Origin: Candidatus Saccharimonadia bacterium
GTDB lineage: Bacteria > Patescibacteriota > Saccharimonadia > Saccharimonadales > SZUA-47
Direction of reading: 5' to 3'
DNA: 39,668 bases
NCBI GenBank assembly: GCA_938050265.1
Contig: CALLJT010000010.1
Span: 1-39,668 of the forward strand
Shown one piece after another: positions 17,530 to 27,299 of the stretch (positions are counted from its first letter, which is position 1; each line of letters starts with the position of its first letter). The notes beneath the pieces were generated by a model. That model was not told the DNA's origin and did not search any database. It was given only the letters and a program-made list of their open reading frames with translations. The translations under genes were made by a program, and so were the position numbers.

Positions 17530-19113
17530 ATGACTCGACTAATAGCAAACAAAGTACTACTTGGGACAGCGCTTTTCGCGCTCGCTGGACTACCGGGCAT
17601 CGGTACAACGGCAGTGTCGGCGATGCCCATGAACAAGCACGCATCATCGCACACTCGACCAGAAATGTCACTCGGGCATTTTCAAGTAACCATACATAAC
17701 GTCAGTACGGACCAGCCGCTCGCGCCGGGTATATATGTTGTACATGACGACCGAGCATCACTCAACTTCGAGGGTCAACTCTCCCCTGCTGCGTTTGAAT
17801 CGCTGGCAGAAGTAGGCAGCCCAACGGCTGCTGCAGAGCTTGTAGCAACACTACCTGGTGTGCATGATGTTATCGTAATGGACGCACCAGTCACGCCTGG
17901 CGAAAGCACCACCCTCAATATACAAGCACCAGTTGGCAGTCTCCTCTCTGGGCTACAAATGCCAGTCGCAACAAACGACGGGCTTGCGCTTGTAGATTCT
18001 GTAAAGCTTACGGGTAGATCACAGACTATCGATGCAGCTAACTACGACAACGGTACTGAAGAAAACAGTCCACTTGGCTCTGGATTTGACGGTGGTCAAC
18101 CTGACCCAAGCCGTGGAGCCGAAAACATCGACAACGGTGTTGCAACTGACCCGCAGGAACCGTTTGCTGTTCACCCACAGCTGACAGACACCGTACTGCG
18201 TGTGAGTGTAGACAAAATGAAAAAAGACAAAGCACCGAAATCTCACAGCTACGACGTCACAATCTATAACACGAGCACGGACCAGCCGCTCGCGCCTGGT
18301 ATATATGTTGTACATGACGACCGAGCATCACTCAACTTCGAGGGTCAACTCTCCCCTGCTGCGTTTGAATCGCTGGCAGAAGTAGGCAGCCCTGCCGCTG
18401 CAGCTGAACTCGTACAGTCACTCCCTGGTGTCATGAGCGTACACGTTATGGATGCACCGATACTACCAGGTGAAATGACACAGTTCGAGATCATGGCGCC
18501 ACATGGCTACTTATTCTCTGGGTTACAGATGCCAGTCGCAACAAACGACGGACTCGCACTGATTGATTCGATCACGCTGCAAGGAGAGGCCGTAGAAATG
18601 TATGCCGAAAACTACGACAACGGTACTGAAGAAAACAGTCCACTTGGCTCTGGATTCGACGGTGGTCAACCTGACCCAAGCCGGGGCGCTGAAAACATCG
18701 ACAACGGTGTTGCAACTGACCCACAGGAAGTAGTCGCACCGCATCCGCAGCTCACTACACCAGTGTTGAAAGCCTCTGTTGAGCCCGTCCGCGGTCCACT
18801 ATCGTGCGAACTACACGGCTACAACCGCAATAATATGTCAGAAACGTTTTCGAGCGGCCAAGACATTGCACTACACACCAACGTCGGGCTGAAGGTGCAT
18901 GCACCAGACGCAGTGAGTTACGATTGGTATGTTGATTTCAACGGCGACGACATTGAGAATACTCGCCAGCACGAAGTAGCAGAAGATACATGGAGCTATA
19001 CCGTATGGAGCCATGGAACGTTCACCTACACAGTGAAGGTTACTGATGTACACGGCGAAACAGCTACGTGTTCATTCGACGTACACGTGCCATACGCACA
19101 CGATCGCCAGTAA
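17530..19113 (+). CDS. Secreted protein with two bacterial Spondin_N-like domains and a C-terminal PKD/Ig-like domain
   Basis: Signal peptide; two copies of VTI.N...QPLAPG.YVVH...S..FESLAE.G...M.V.TNDG...YD.GTE.N, offset 570 nt; C-terminal SYDW.VDFNGD...GTFTYTVKVTD..G; AAGGAG RBS. Confidence 0.82.
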   Translation: MTRLIANKVLLGTALFALAGLPGIGTTAVSAMPMNKHASSHTRPEMSLGHFQVTIHNVSTDQPLAPGIYVVHDDRASLNFEGQLSPAAFESLAEVGSPTAAAELVATLPGVHDVIVMDAPVTPGESTTLNIQAPVGSLLSGLQMPVATNDGLALVDSVKLTGRSQTIDAANYDNGTEENSPLGSGFDGGQPDPSRGAENIDNGVATDPQEPFAVHPQLTDTVLRVSVDKMKKDKAPKSHSYDVTIYNTSTDQPLAPGIYVVHDDRASLNFEGQLSPAAFESLAEVGSPAAAAELVQSLPGVMSVHVMDAPILPGEMTQFEIMAPHGYLFSGLQMPVATNDGLALIDSITLQGEAVEMYAENYDNGTEENSPLGSGFDGGQPDPSRGAENIDNGVATDPQEVVAPHPQLTTPVLKASVEPVRGPLSCELHGYNRNNMSETFSSGQDIALHTNVGLKVHAPDAVSYDWYVDFNGDDIENTRQHEVAEDTWSYTVWSHGTFTYTVKVTDVHGETATCSFDVHVPYAHDRQ

Positions 19114-19134
19114 CAACGAGGCCATCCACGCATC

Positions 19135-19174
19135 GAACGGCACACATGATCAGTACGGGTTATGTGTGCCGTTC
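19135..19174. terminator. Hairpin between convergent genes
   Basis: GAACGGCACACATGATC/GGTTATGTGTGCCGTTC stem with two G-T pairs; no U-tract. Confidence 0.55.
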
Positions 19175-19199
19175 ATCATAGTTAGTATGTAGAAATAGT

Positions 19200-19766
19200 C
19201 TAAGGTTTTATTTTCGCCGCGACTTGATCTTTCAGTTCGTCCAGTGTGCCATCGTTCACTACAAGAATATCTGCTGAATCGATAATACTTCGAATACCCC
19301 GCTGCGGTCCGTCGCCAATACCTTTGTTTTCGAGTGTATCCTGTTTGAGAAACGCCTCGAAGTCCCGCTGCGACTCTGCGTCACGCACACGCGACTGTAT
19401 ACGCTCATGTCGAACCTGTGGACTCGCATCAACACCGACTATAATGCCGCCCGCCGCCCGTACAGCATCTGCTTCACCGACGGATCGTAGTCCCGTGATT
19501 AGCTGCACATCAAAGCTACGCTCCCTCGCCTGCATGATGCCCATCTGAACAGTAGTCGCCTGATTGAGAGCTCGTAGTTCATTCGCAACTGCATACAACT
19601 GGTCACGAATGATCGGCGTGTCTTGACTGACACCGAACACATGTCGTGTGACCGAGCGCACAAAATCGCTAGTATTCCAATGGTGCGCCTTCAGTAGCAC
19701 ACATATCATTTCAGCAACAGTATCCTTGCCGCTCCCTGCCGTTCCTGCAAGTCCTATAATCTTCAT
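19200..19766 (-). CDS. P-loop nucleoside/nucleotide kinase (AAA family; dephospho-CoA kinase-like)
   Basis: MKIIGLAGTAGSGKDTVA Walker A; GLRS.GE; DA...R.ER...R.R; ADI.V.NDGTL.EL. Confidence 0.8.
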   Translation of the reverse strand: MKIIGLAGTAGSGKDTVAEMICVLLKAHHWNTSDFVRSVTRHVFGVSQDTPIIRDQLYAVANELRALNQATTVQMGIMQARERSFDVQLITGLRSVGEADAVRAAGGIIVGVDASPQVRHERIQSRVRDAESQRDFEAFLKQDTLENKGIGDGPQRGIRSIIDSADILVVNDGTLDELKDQVAAKIKP

Positions 19767-19772
19767 ACGCCC

Positions 19773-21152
19773 CTACTTCAAGTAGTCCATCAAGTTACGG
19801 CTGTCTTTGTGTTTTTTGAGCTTTGCCAAGGCTTTAGCTTCGATCTGGCGAATACGTTCACGAGTAACCGAAAACTCCTGCCCCACTTCTTCAAGCGTGT
19901 GGTTTTTGCCGTCTTCGAGACCGAACCGCAGGCGCAGGATTTTTTGTTCACGTTCGCTCAGGCTACCGAGCAGACCTTTGACCTGTTCTTTGAGTAGCTG
20001 ACCTGTCGCTGATTCTTCTGGGGTAACCGTGTCTTCGTCTTCGATAAAATCACCGAGCACACTGTCTTCTTCGTCGTCACGGACACTGGCGTCGAGTGAA
20101 CTAATATCTTGTTTGATTTTCATGATGTGTTCGACTTTTTCAACGTCCATTTCCAGCTCAGCACCGAGCTCTTCGTTGGTCGGCTCACGGTTCAGCTCCT
20201 GGGTCATGCGGCGCTGTGTACGAAGCAGTTTGTTGATTGTCTCGACCATGTGCACAGGGATGCGGATCGTACGGGCCTGGTCAGCGATAGCACGTGTGAT
20301 AGCCTGGCGGATCCACCATGTTGCATAGGTAGAAAACTTGAAGCCTTTGTCTGGGTCAAACTTTTCAACCGCACGGAGCAAACCAGTGTTGCCTTCCTGG
20401 ATGAGGTCGAGGAGGTCGAGACCACGACCGACGTAGCGTTTAGCTATCGACACTACAAGTCGCATGTTCGCCTCAGCCATCTGATCCTTGGCCTTCAGTT
20501 CACCTGCAACAACTCGCTTGGCCAGCGCAAGTTCTTCTTCGGCTGTAAGCAGTGGTATCTTACCGATTTCGCGCAGATACAGACGGACCGAATCATCCGA
20601 CACGTCGTCGAGATATTTGGCCTGTTTGGCAAGTTTTTTCGGGTCTTCTTCCTCTTCTTCTGCCTCCCACTCACCTGCTGTAGCCGAGCCGTCAACTTCT
20701 ATCATGCCAGTGAGTTCTGATCCGGCGTCAACGATGTCGTTATACAGCTGGTCAAGCGTCTCTAGGTTTGCTGGGTCTTCCGGTATGACTGCAAGGATGT
20801 CTTTTTGGTCGATTTTACCGTCTTTTGTGGCTTGTTCAAGTAGGTCTTTTGCCGCCTGTATCACGTCACCTGACGGCTGTGCCGCTGGTGAGCTGTCTTT
20901 TTTGGATTTCTTAGCACCCGTTTTTGGCGTGCGTGATGCAGCGGCAGATTTTTTCTGTGCTGGCTTCGGCTTAGTTGTCGTCTTTTCTGCCGGCTTTTTT
21001 ACTGACTTCTTGGTTTGTTTCTTTGCCGGACTGCTGGCTGGACTCTTAGCTGAGCTCTTGGATGAACTCTTAGTTGAACTCTCTGCTGACTTCGCAGCAG
21101 CTGATTCGTCTTTTTTGGGAGTGTCGTTGGATTTTTTGCGTCGATTAAACAT
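19773..21152 (-). CDS. rpoD: Primary sigma-70 factor with Lys/Ser/Ala-rich N-terminal extension
   Basis: [40 protein letters not shown]...[33 protein letters not shown] and [24 protein letters not shown]. Confidence 0.97.
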   Translation of the reverse strand: MFNRRKKSNDTPKKDESAAAKSAESSTKSSSKSSAKSPASSPAKKQTKKSVKKPAEKTTTKPKPAQKKSAAASRTPKTGAKKSKKDSSPAAQPSGDVIQAAKDLLEQATKDGKIDQKDILAVIPEDPANLETLDQLYNDIVDAGSELTGMIEVDGSATAGEWEAEEEEEDPKKLAKQAKYLDDVSDDSVRLYLREIGKIPLLTAEEELALAKRVVAGELKAKDQMAEANMRLVVSIAKRYVGRGLDLLDLIQEGNTGLLRAVEKFDPDKGFKFSTYATWWIRQAITRAIADQARTIRIPVHMVETINKLLRTQRRMTQELNREPTNEELGAELEMDVEKVEHIMKIKQDISSLDASVRDDEEDSVLGDFIEDEDTVTPEESATGQLLKEQVKGLLGSLSEREQKILRLRFGLEDGKNHTLEEVGQEFSVTRERIRQIEAKALAKLKKHKDSRNLMDYLK

Positions 21153-21241
21153 AGTGCTGTGCGTGCTACGAAAGTGGGCATAAACTCTCTTGGCGAAAGC
21201 TCACGTGCACTGTTCGATGTCCCTTCTTGATTGCTAGTATT

Positions 21242-22996
21242 CTAATGTGTTTTTTCAGAGCTCGAAAACTGAACTATGAGATCGTCAAGCTGCTTAACTG
21301 CTTGTAGTAATATGCCTTGTTCGTTTTCTGTTGCTTCAGCGAGCTCTTGTGCGAGGGCTGATTTTTTCGTTTTTGCGTATACTCGTACCAGTCTGCTAAT
21401 GAGTCGATGGGCTTGATAGCGCAGCTCATGTTCGTCAGTATGCTGGTAGAATTCCTCGTATAGAAGTGCCAACATTGTACCATATTCTTTGTTATCGAGC
21501 GAAGGTGTGACGCCTGGGTGGTCGGCGATCAGTCGCGCCGCAGTCTGAGCCCCCTCAGAAAACACATCCACCGGGATACGTCGGACCATCTCCCCTATCA
21601 CACTATGCTTTGAGCCAAGGGCCAAAATGTGCTGTTCGCGAACACGCTGTTCTTTAGCACTCTGCTGTTCATCTTGTTTTTGCGGGGCTACACGCTTGAG
21701 TCGTTTTTGTGTCGTCTGCTTGGCATTGATTTTGTCAGTGATTGTTTGTATCGACGTGCTTGTGCGTGTGGCCAGCACATCCGCATAATGCTCTTGTTCG
21801 ACGGGGTCGCTGAGCTGTTTTAATATAGGTATAATTTCGGCTACAAATCGTCGTTTACCCTGTGCGCTTTTCATGTCTACACTGCCTGCGACCCGGTCGA
21901 TCAGCCAATCCACCATATACTGTGGGTTTTCAACGACAGCCTGCCACAATCGGGCGTCCTGCGCGATCAGCTCGTCCGGGTCTTTACCCTCTGGGACCGA
22001 AATAATGCTCATGTCGATACCACCGAGGCTTTGAGCGAGTGGGATCGCCCGTTTTGCTGCGTCGTGACCCGCCCGGTCGTCATCAAACGCTACTCGAATA
22101 TCGCCCGTGAACCGCTTAAGACTTTTCAGATGATGCGACGTTAAAGCAGTTCCGGCGCTGGCCACAACATTACACACGCCAGCCTGATGAGACGCTACTA
22201 CATCCAGGTTGCCCTCGACAACGACCGCAAACCCTTGTTTACGGATGGCTTCCTTCGCGAGATAAAACCCAAACACTTGCCTGCCTTTGTCGTACAACTG
22301 TGTCGCTGGCGTATTGATATATTTCGGACCATGTGCCGTGTCGGACAGTTTACGTGCGGTGAACCCAACGGGCCGACCCTGTCCATCTCGCAGAGGTATC
22401 ATCACCCGACCGCGAAACATATCGTAGACATCTGAGCCACGACTACTCACAAGACCTGCCTGTTTCAACTCATCCGCATCGTATCCTTTCGATGTGAGGT
22501 GTTTTAGAAGTGCTTTGCCACTCTCTGGCGCATATCCAAACCGAAAATCCAGTATAGTCTGCTTACTATAGCCGCGTTTCTTGCGCACATATTCTAGTGG
22601 CGGTGTTGTGCGAGTTAGTTGTACCTGATAAAACTTCACCGCTGCTTCTACGGCTTCGTATAGTCGTTTTTTTGATCCAGAACTATTCGGTGCTTGGTCA
22701 CGAGTACCTGTGCGGTACTGCTCCAGATCGACACCGGCTTTCCTGGCGAGTACCTCAAGTGAACCTTTGAAATCCAAACCCTCTACTTCCTGAATAAAGC
22801 TGAACATATCACCACCGCGCCCTGAGCTGAAGTCATGCCATATTTGTTTCTCTGGGCTCACAACAAAACTCGGAGACTTTTCGTTTGTCCAAGGGCTCAG
22901 GCCTTTGAAGTTGCGACCAGCGCGCTTCAGCTGCACGTATTCACTCACAACGTCTTCTATGTCTAGGCGTGATTTGATATCTGCAACAGCATCCAT
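21242..22996 (-). CDS. dnaG: DNA primase
   Basis: Start MDAVADIKSRL. The zinc-finger region lacks Cys (GLSPWTNEKSPSF...WHDFSSG.GGD). Also FRGRVMIP, PKYINTP, VVEG..DV, FDDD.AG and KDPDE. Confidence 0.96.
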   Translation of the reverse strand: MDAVADIKSRLDIEDVVSEYVQLKRAGRNFKGLSPWTNEKSPSFVVSPEKQIWHDFSSGRGGDMFSFIQEVEGLDFKGSLEVLARKAGVDLEQYRTGTRDQAPNSSGSKKRLYEAVEAAVKFYQVQLTRTTPPLEYVRKKRGYSKQTILDFRFGYAPESGKALLKHLTSKGYDADELKQAGLVSSRGSDVYDMFRGRVMIPLRDGQGRPVGFTARKLSDTAHGPKYINTPATQLYDKGRQVFGFYLAKEAIRKQGFAVVVEGNLDVVASHQAGVCNVVASAGTALTSHHLKSLKRFTGDIRVAFDDDRAGHDAAKRAIPLAQSLGGIDMSIISVPEGKDPDELIAQDARLWQAVVENPQYMVDWLIDRVAGSVDMKSAQGKRRFVAEIIPILKQLSDPVEQEHYADVLATRTSTSIQTITDKINAKQTTQKRLKRVAPQKQDEQQSAKEQRVREQHILALGSKHSVIGEMVRRIPVDVFSEGAQTAARLIADHPGVTPSLDNKEYGTMLALLYEEFYQHTDEHELRYQAHRLISRLVRVYAKTKKSALAQELAEATENEQGILLQAVKQLDDLIVQFSSSEKTH

Positions 22997-23071
22997 ACCT
23001 CTAGTATCGTGTATCGTCCTATAAAAACAAAGCATGTACGCTTCGAATGCCCTGTCTGCCATGCAGTGTTT

Positions 23072-23189
23072 CTGACCCACACTCACTTTTTCCTCAAGAG
23101 CAGTATAAGCGTAGTGCAACCAGAGGCGACCCTCCTAAGGGCGCCCCTGCGTGTAACGCTACTCGGAGGGAAAAGTGAGTGTGGGTCAG
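23072..23189. mobile_element. Rod-folding MITE-like element, copy 3 (variant)
   Basis: TIR CTGACCCACACTCACTTTT/AAAAGTGAGTGTGGGTCAG. Perfect 9-bp direct repeat GCAGTGTTT at 23063-23071 and 23190-23198. Confidence 0.9.
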
Positions 23190-23232
23190 GCAGTGTTTTG
23201 CCGCTTATGATTAAAATGGTAAAATTATAGGC

Positions 23233-23946
23233 ATGCAACCAGACCTACAAAATGGCGAAGAAAACCCCTACGGCTTTATATTCGACCAGAATTCTCAGAC
23301 GACACCCGGCACCAACACGGCGGCTGTCGGAGCAGACAAAACCAAGCAGTACCTCCTGTTTGGCGTATTCGCACTCGCTATCTTAGCAATTGCAGGTATT
23401 GCAGCAACCATATTCCTGAAGCCCACCCCACCGTCAGCACCTGAGCTCGTCCGTGTACGTGCAATTCAAAACGAACTTATCCGCGTCCGCGAAATCGGCA
23501 ACAAAAACCTTGGACAATACGATCTACGAAAAGATGTAGACACTATCAATCTTGTCCTGCAAACCGACACTGCAACAATTAGCGGCCTCATCAGAACCAG
23601 AGGTGTCGTCACCCTGCCTGGCGAACTATCACAGTTCAAAAACTCAACCTACGATACAAGTCTGCAAAACGCGCTCAGTAACGACACACATGACACGGTC
23701 TACCGCGATATCGTGGACCAGCTGGCTGGACAGTACTATGAATCAGTCAAAGCGGCCGAAAACCGTGCGGTCAGCAGAACCGAACAGGCCCAACTAGCAG
23801 CAGTACGTAGCAACATCGAAATCACGTTCGACTTCGAAGACCCGTCTGAGAGTACCGAGTCTACCGAGCGACAAGACACAGCGACAGAACCAAGCGAACC
23901 TGACGCAGACACCGCCGATGAACCTATCCCAAGCCTGTTTAATTAA
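23233..23946 (+). CDS. Hypothetical single-pass membrane protein
   Basis: 237 aa, NPY.FI N-terminus, TM helix LLFGVFALAILAIAGIAATIFL, helical domain and acidic tail; TAAAAT 7 nt before the ATG. Confidence 0.75.
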   Translation: MQPDLQNGEENPYGFIFDQNSQTTPGTNTAAVGADKTKQYLLFGVFALAILAIAGIAATIFLKPTPPSAPELVRVRAIQNELIRVREIGNKNLGQYDLRKDVDTINLVLQTDTATISGLIRTRGVVTLPGELSQFKNSTYDTSLQNALSNDTHDTVYRDIVDQLAGQYYESVKAAENRAVSRTEQAQLAAVRSNIEITFDFEDPSESTESTERQDTATEPSEPDADTADEPIPSLFN

Positions 23947-23993
23947 ACAGCGGCAGTCTAGTGGCTCTGTAGTAACTCTGATACGACAGAGGA

Positions 23994-24371
23994 CTACGTA
24001 CGGCGTCTGCTCTTTCTATCATAGTCAGGTATTGCCGACTCTATGCCAGCTACAAGGTGATAACTATGCATGATCAGATCATGCACTTCCTGCTCTGTAA
24101 GCTGTCCAGTGAGGAGCATGGTGTTCCAGTGCTTTTTATTGAGGTGATACCCCTCCATGACAGACTCATACCGTTCACGAAGTATGCGTGCTAACTGCGG
24201 GTCGCATTTCAGGCTCAAACGAACAGGGTCTGTATCTGCAGGCATGAGTGCAAACATTTTCTCTTCATCGCCAACTGGGATTTTGTACACATTGACGTCT
24301 TCGCCAAACGGAAACGTCAGCTGAGCACCAGGCAACCCAAGTAAAAACTCTTCAACGGCGCTAAACTTCAT
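23994..24371 (-). CDS. MmcQ/YjbR family DNA-binding protein
   Basis: FPFG....VYK...KMFAL...SLKCDP.....LRE.Y..V..GYHLNKKHWNT; start at MKFSAV. Confidence 0.9.
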   Translation of the reverse strand: MKFSAVEEFLLGLPGAQLTFPFGEDVNVYKIPVGDEEKMFALMPADTDPVRLSLKCDPQLARILRERYESVMEGYHLNKKHWNTMLLTGQLTEQEVHDLIMHSYHLVAGIESAIPDYDRKSRRRT

Positions 24372-24378
24372 GCGGTGA

Positions 24379-24951
24379 CTACTCCTGTCCTTTCGTGTTG
24401 GCATTGTTGGCAAACCATTCGAGATAGTACTGAAGCTCTGCGATGCTGGCCTGTATGTCGTCGTATGCCCGGTGAACAGCTGGTTTTCTGAACTGAACGC
24501 CATACATACTCTGCATGACAACTTTCCATGCGCTGACGTCGAGCATGCGGTAGTGCAGCCGCAAATCAAGCTGGGGCATCCACTGTTTAATGAACGCCCT
24601 GTCGCTATGTATCGAGTTACCCGCGAGTATCGCTGGCTCATCGCCGAAGTCATGTTCTACGATCTCGATCAATTCACGTTCGACTGCTGCTAGTGGCTTG
24701 CCTTTCGCTACACCGCCCAAAAACACGTCGCGGTTTTTAGGGTAACTGTTCCACCAGATGTTTTCCTGCATAAGCTTAGCGACTTTGTCTTTTTTGTGCT
24801 GGACGATTGCTTCGTACGAGCTGATTGTCTCCAGGTCGGTACCGGTTACTTCCGTTGCGACCTCTAAAATCACGTCTTTTTCAGGAACAAGACCAGTCAT
24901 CTCTAGATCAACCCAGAGATACTTCGTTGGGGCTGCATGTTTTTTACTCAC
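24379..24951 (-). CDS. orn: Oligoribonuclease
   Basis: LWVDLEMTGL, LAGNSIH.DRAF, LHYRMLDVS and HRA.DDI..SI.EL.YY; GGAGG RBS before GTG. Confidence 0.95.
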   Translation of the reverse strand: MSKKHAAPTKYLWVDLEMTGLVPEKDVILEVATEVTGTDLETISSYEAIVQHKKDKVAKLMQENIWWNSYPKNRDVFLGGVAKGKPLAAVERELIEIVEHDFGDEPAILAGNSIHSDRAFIKQWMPQLDLRLHYRMLDVSAWKVVMQSMYGVQFRKPAVHRAYDDIQASIAELQYYLEWFANNANTKGQE

Positions 24952-25014
24952 TCGTACCTCCCGGGGGATATGTCAACATATAGTGCATACCAGACAGTAT
25001 ACACGCTACACAAC

Positions 25015-25040
25015 AAAAGTCGCCCTACTGATAGGGCGAC
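25015..25040 (-). terminator. Intrinsic terminator of mscL
   Basis: Minus strand reads GTCGCCCTA-TCAG-TAGGGCGAC-TTTT. Confidence 0.75.
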
Positions 25041-25086
25041 CTTACTGTAGTAACCACTCGACTAACGAGTATTGACTGCAGTGTTG

Positions 25087-25410
25087 CTATTTAGCTTCTT
25101 TGTCGAGCTTGTCGAGACCAGCTTGTTTGACGATCCAGTAGATCACAAACGCGGTAGCAAGAAGAGTGATAATTCCACTCAAGATTGCACCCCAGCCAAA
25201 CGTGAGCACTCGCTCGTCTACACCTGGCTCACCGACAACCGTCAGTGTCTCAGCTGTTAGATCTGCGCCACCGAGGATGAATGCAATAATTGGGTTAATA
25301 AATCCTTCAACGATAGCTTCGACAGCTTTCCCTGCTGCGCCACCGATAGCGAGACCGACAGCTAGTCCGACCACACCTTGTTCTCGGACAAAGTCCATAA
25401 AACCGTTCAT
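25087..25410 (-). CDS. mscL: Large-conductance mechanosensitive channel
   Basis: GF.DFV...GVVGLAVGLAIGGA....V..IV...INPII and WG..L..II.LL..AFVIY.IVK; GGGAG RBS. Confidence 0.9.
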   Translation of the reverse strand: MNGFMDFVREQGVVGLAVGLAIGGAAGKAVEAIVEGFINPIIAFILGGADLTAETLTVVGEPGVDERVLTFGWGAILSGIITLLATAFVIYWIVKQAGLDKLDKEAK

Positions 25411-25468
25411 ATACTTGTACTCCCTTATTTGTAATCCTAATGTATACGAAAACTGTTCACTTGGCAAG

Positions 25469-25624
25469 CTGACCTGCGCTCACTTTTCTAAACCCAAACG
25501 TTCATAGGGTGACAAGATTGAAGTTTTGTTCTTTAGGAATGATGCCATAGCATCATTTCTAAAGGAAAGACTTCCAGATTGTTAGCATAGGGGCGTTTGG
25601 GGTGGAAAAGTGAGTGTGGGTCAG
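25469..25624. mobile_element. MITE-like element with the same ends but a different internal rod (156 nt)
   Basis: Ends CTGACCTGCGCTCACTTTTC/GAAAAGTGAGTGTGGGTCAG; flanks CTTGGCAAG (25460-25468) and CTTGGCAAC (25625-25633); nested internal inverted repeats. Confidence 0.82.
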
Positions 25625-25659
25625 CTTGGCAACACACAAGCACTAAACTAGCCATATCC

Positions 25660-27174
25660 CTACGACGATCCCTGGGTTTTGTCCCGCAAAAAATCCTCTG
25701 CGCGGTAGCTAATAATCCTGCGTCGATCCGTGTTCAGCCGCTTGAGCTGACCATAGGCTTTTTTCATCATAGGGTCAGTCTTGAACAACTCTGCGTTTTT
25801 TTCGATCGCGCGCCAATACAGGCCATCCCAGATGTCGCACCAGTCGCCTTTTTTATAATGACTCATGCTGCGTATGTAGTTGCTGCTGCTGATAGCCGGG
25901 AGTGTTCCGTGCTTAGCGAACGCCGCCCCCTGACTCACGCCGTATACGAACGGCACTGCAAGCCACTCATACATGTCTCCGCACATCTCCATGAACCACC
26001 GATACACTTCGTCCGGGTGAAACTCACTGAGGAAGCAGATATTACCTATCACCATGAGTTGTTCAGTTTCGTGCGTATATGACCGGTCGTGGATTTTGAG
26101 TATAACGTCGTCGACCGGCGGAATCCCTGTCGTCCCACGGTACCAGTCAACTGTCATGCGTCTGGTGTGGCCCAATGTATTCGCAGTACGGAGTGCTGTG
26201 TGTCGTTTACGGTACACTCCGCGGTAATATTCCCGCCACCCAAGTACTCCGCGCACAACAAGCTCTACGTCCTCTATACGGACCTTTCCATGACCGAGCT
26301 GTGCGACTACGGCCTGCACGATGTCATGAGGGCTCAAAAGTCCGATGTTCAATGCATGATTAACTGCTGGATGGTGCAGCCAAGGTGCCTCACCGTCGAT
26401 CGCCTCCGAATAGGCGGCAAACCGCCCGAGTCTACCGCTCGCGAACTCGTCGAGCCATTTCATCGCTTCAACACGGCTCGTTGGCCATGGGAAATCGTTT
26501 AGACTTCCTGGGTTGCCTGAAAAATACTTCTCTACATACGCCTCAGCCTCATCCACATATTCGTTCGACCCAAACACCTGGAACGACGGCAGCTGTGTGC
26601 TTTTCGGTATGCGTTTACGCTTGGCGTGGTCTTGCTCCCATGATCCCTCAAGCGGCTTGTATGTTTCTGGGTCAATGAGTACATTGAACCGCTCGCGCTG
26701 CCACTGATAAAACGCCTGAAAACTTGTGTCGCCTCGCTCAGAAAAAAACCTATCGCTTTCTTCATGCGATATATAAAAATTAGGGCTCTGCAACACCGAC
26801 ACCGCCGGCGCTTCAGGGTGGGAACGAATCGCTTCCATAACGCGCCGGCTCAGGATATCGTCAGAAAATTCATAGACATACACGTCTGTGAAATCCTTGA
26901 GTTTCTCGACGATGTCACCGCTCTCAGTCAGTTTATGATGATCAATATACGTCACGCTGTAGCCAGCTGGCCACAATTCTTCTTTCATGTATCGGTTCAT
27001 GCTGGCACGCAGCAACACCAGCTTCTGTTTGTGGATCATCAGCCCATACTGACGATCACTCCCAAACAGAAGCGGCTCTTCAACGAGCACGATCTCATCC
27101 ACATCCTGCGGGATATGCTCTACAGCAAACAGCTGGTTTGGGTACAGCAATAGACTTTTTTTGATTCCACCCAT
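25660..27174 (-). CDS. Cryptochrome/photolyase-family (DPRP/PhrB-like) protein with degenerate active-site motifs
   Basis: LLYPNQLF, HKQKLVL.RASM, FYQWQR, P..G.W, WPT.R..A, LNIGLL.P, LGWREY, GTTGIPPVD, SSSNYI..MS and WDGLYW. Confidence 0.88.
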   Translation of the reverse strand: MGGIKKSLLLYPNQLFAVEHIPQDVDEIVLVEEPLLFGSDRQYGLMIHKQKLVLLRASMNRYMKEELWPAGYSVTYIDHHKLTESGDIVEKLKDFTDVYVYEFSDDILSRRVMEAIRSHPEAPAVSVLQSPNFYISHEESDRFFSERGDTSFQAFYQWQRERFNVLIDPETYKPLEGSWEQDHAKRKRIPKSTQLPSFQVFGSNEYVDEAEAYVEKYFSGNPGSLNDFPWPTSRVEAMKWLDEFASGRLGRFAAYSEAIDGEAPWLHHPAVNHALNIGLLSPHDIVQAVVAQLGHGKVRIEDVELVVRGVLGWREYYRGVYRKRHTALRTANTLGHTRRMTVDWYRGTTGIPPVDDVILKIHDRSYTHETEQLMVIGNICFLSEFHPDEVYRWFMEMCGDMYEWLAVPFVYGVSQGAAFAKHGTLPAISSSNYIRSMSHYKKGDWCDIWDGLYWRAIEKNAELFKTDPMMKKAYGQLKRLNTDRRRIISYRAEDFLRDKTQGSS

Positions 27175-27263
27175 AATACTCTTATGGTTTATTGTCGCAA
27201 AGATACTGCAGTATAGCAAGCAAGTAGTTGGCAGGCGTATACCATCACCACATAAGGGGCAAG

Positions 27264-27298
27264 ATTACTCCTGCCTCATTGCTCCTTGCTCGCTACTC
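27264..27298. repeat. Degenerate heptamer tract (nnnnCTC x5)
   Basis: attactc ctgcctc attgctc cttgctc gctactc directly after the gdh stop. Confidence 0.6.
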
Positions 27299-27299
27299 C

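Noticed and set aside
20109..21183. Long antisense ORFs opposite rpoD (and 37312-37986 opposite SPFH, 9163-9792 opposite the orphan)
   Set aside because: Shadow frames of well-supported genes with no recognisable motifs.
22997..23119. 41-aa N-terminal extension of DnaG (and similar extensions on mutM, rlmH, mscL, MmcQ and the photolyase)
   Set aside because: ORF-caller overextension; the dnaG extension runs into the element. Family N-termini and -10/SD positions indicate the shorter starts.
25469..25624. 6S RNA
   Set aside because: Size and rod shape fit, but there is no large central bubble, and it has the mobile family's ends plus a flanking duplication. Not formally excluded without an Rfam search.
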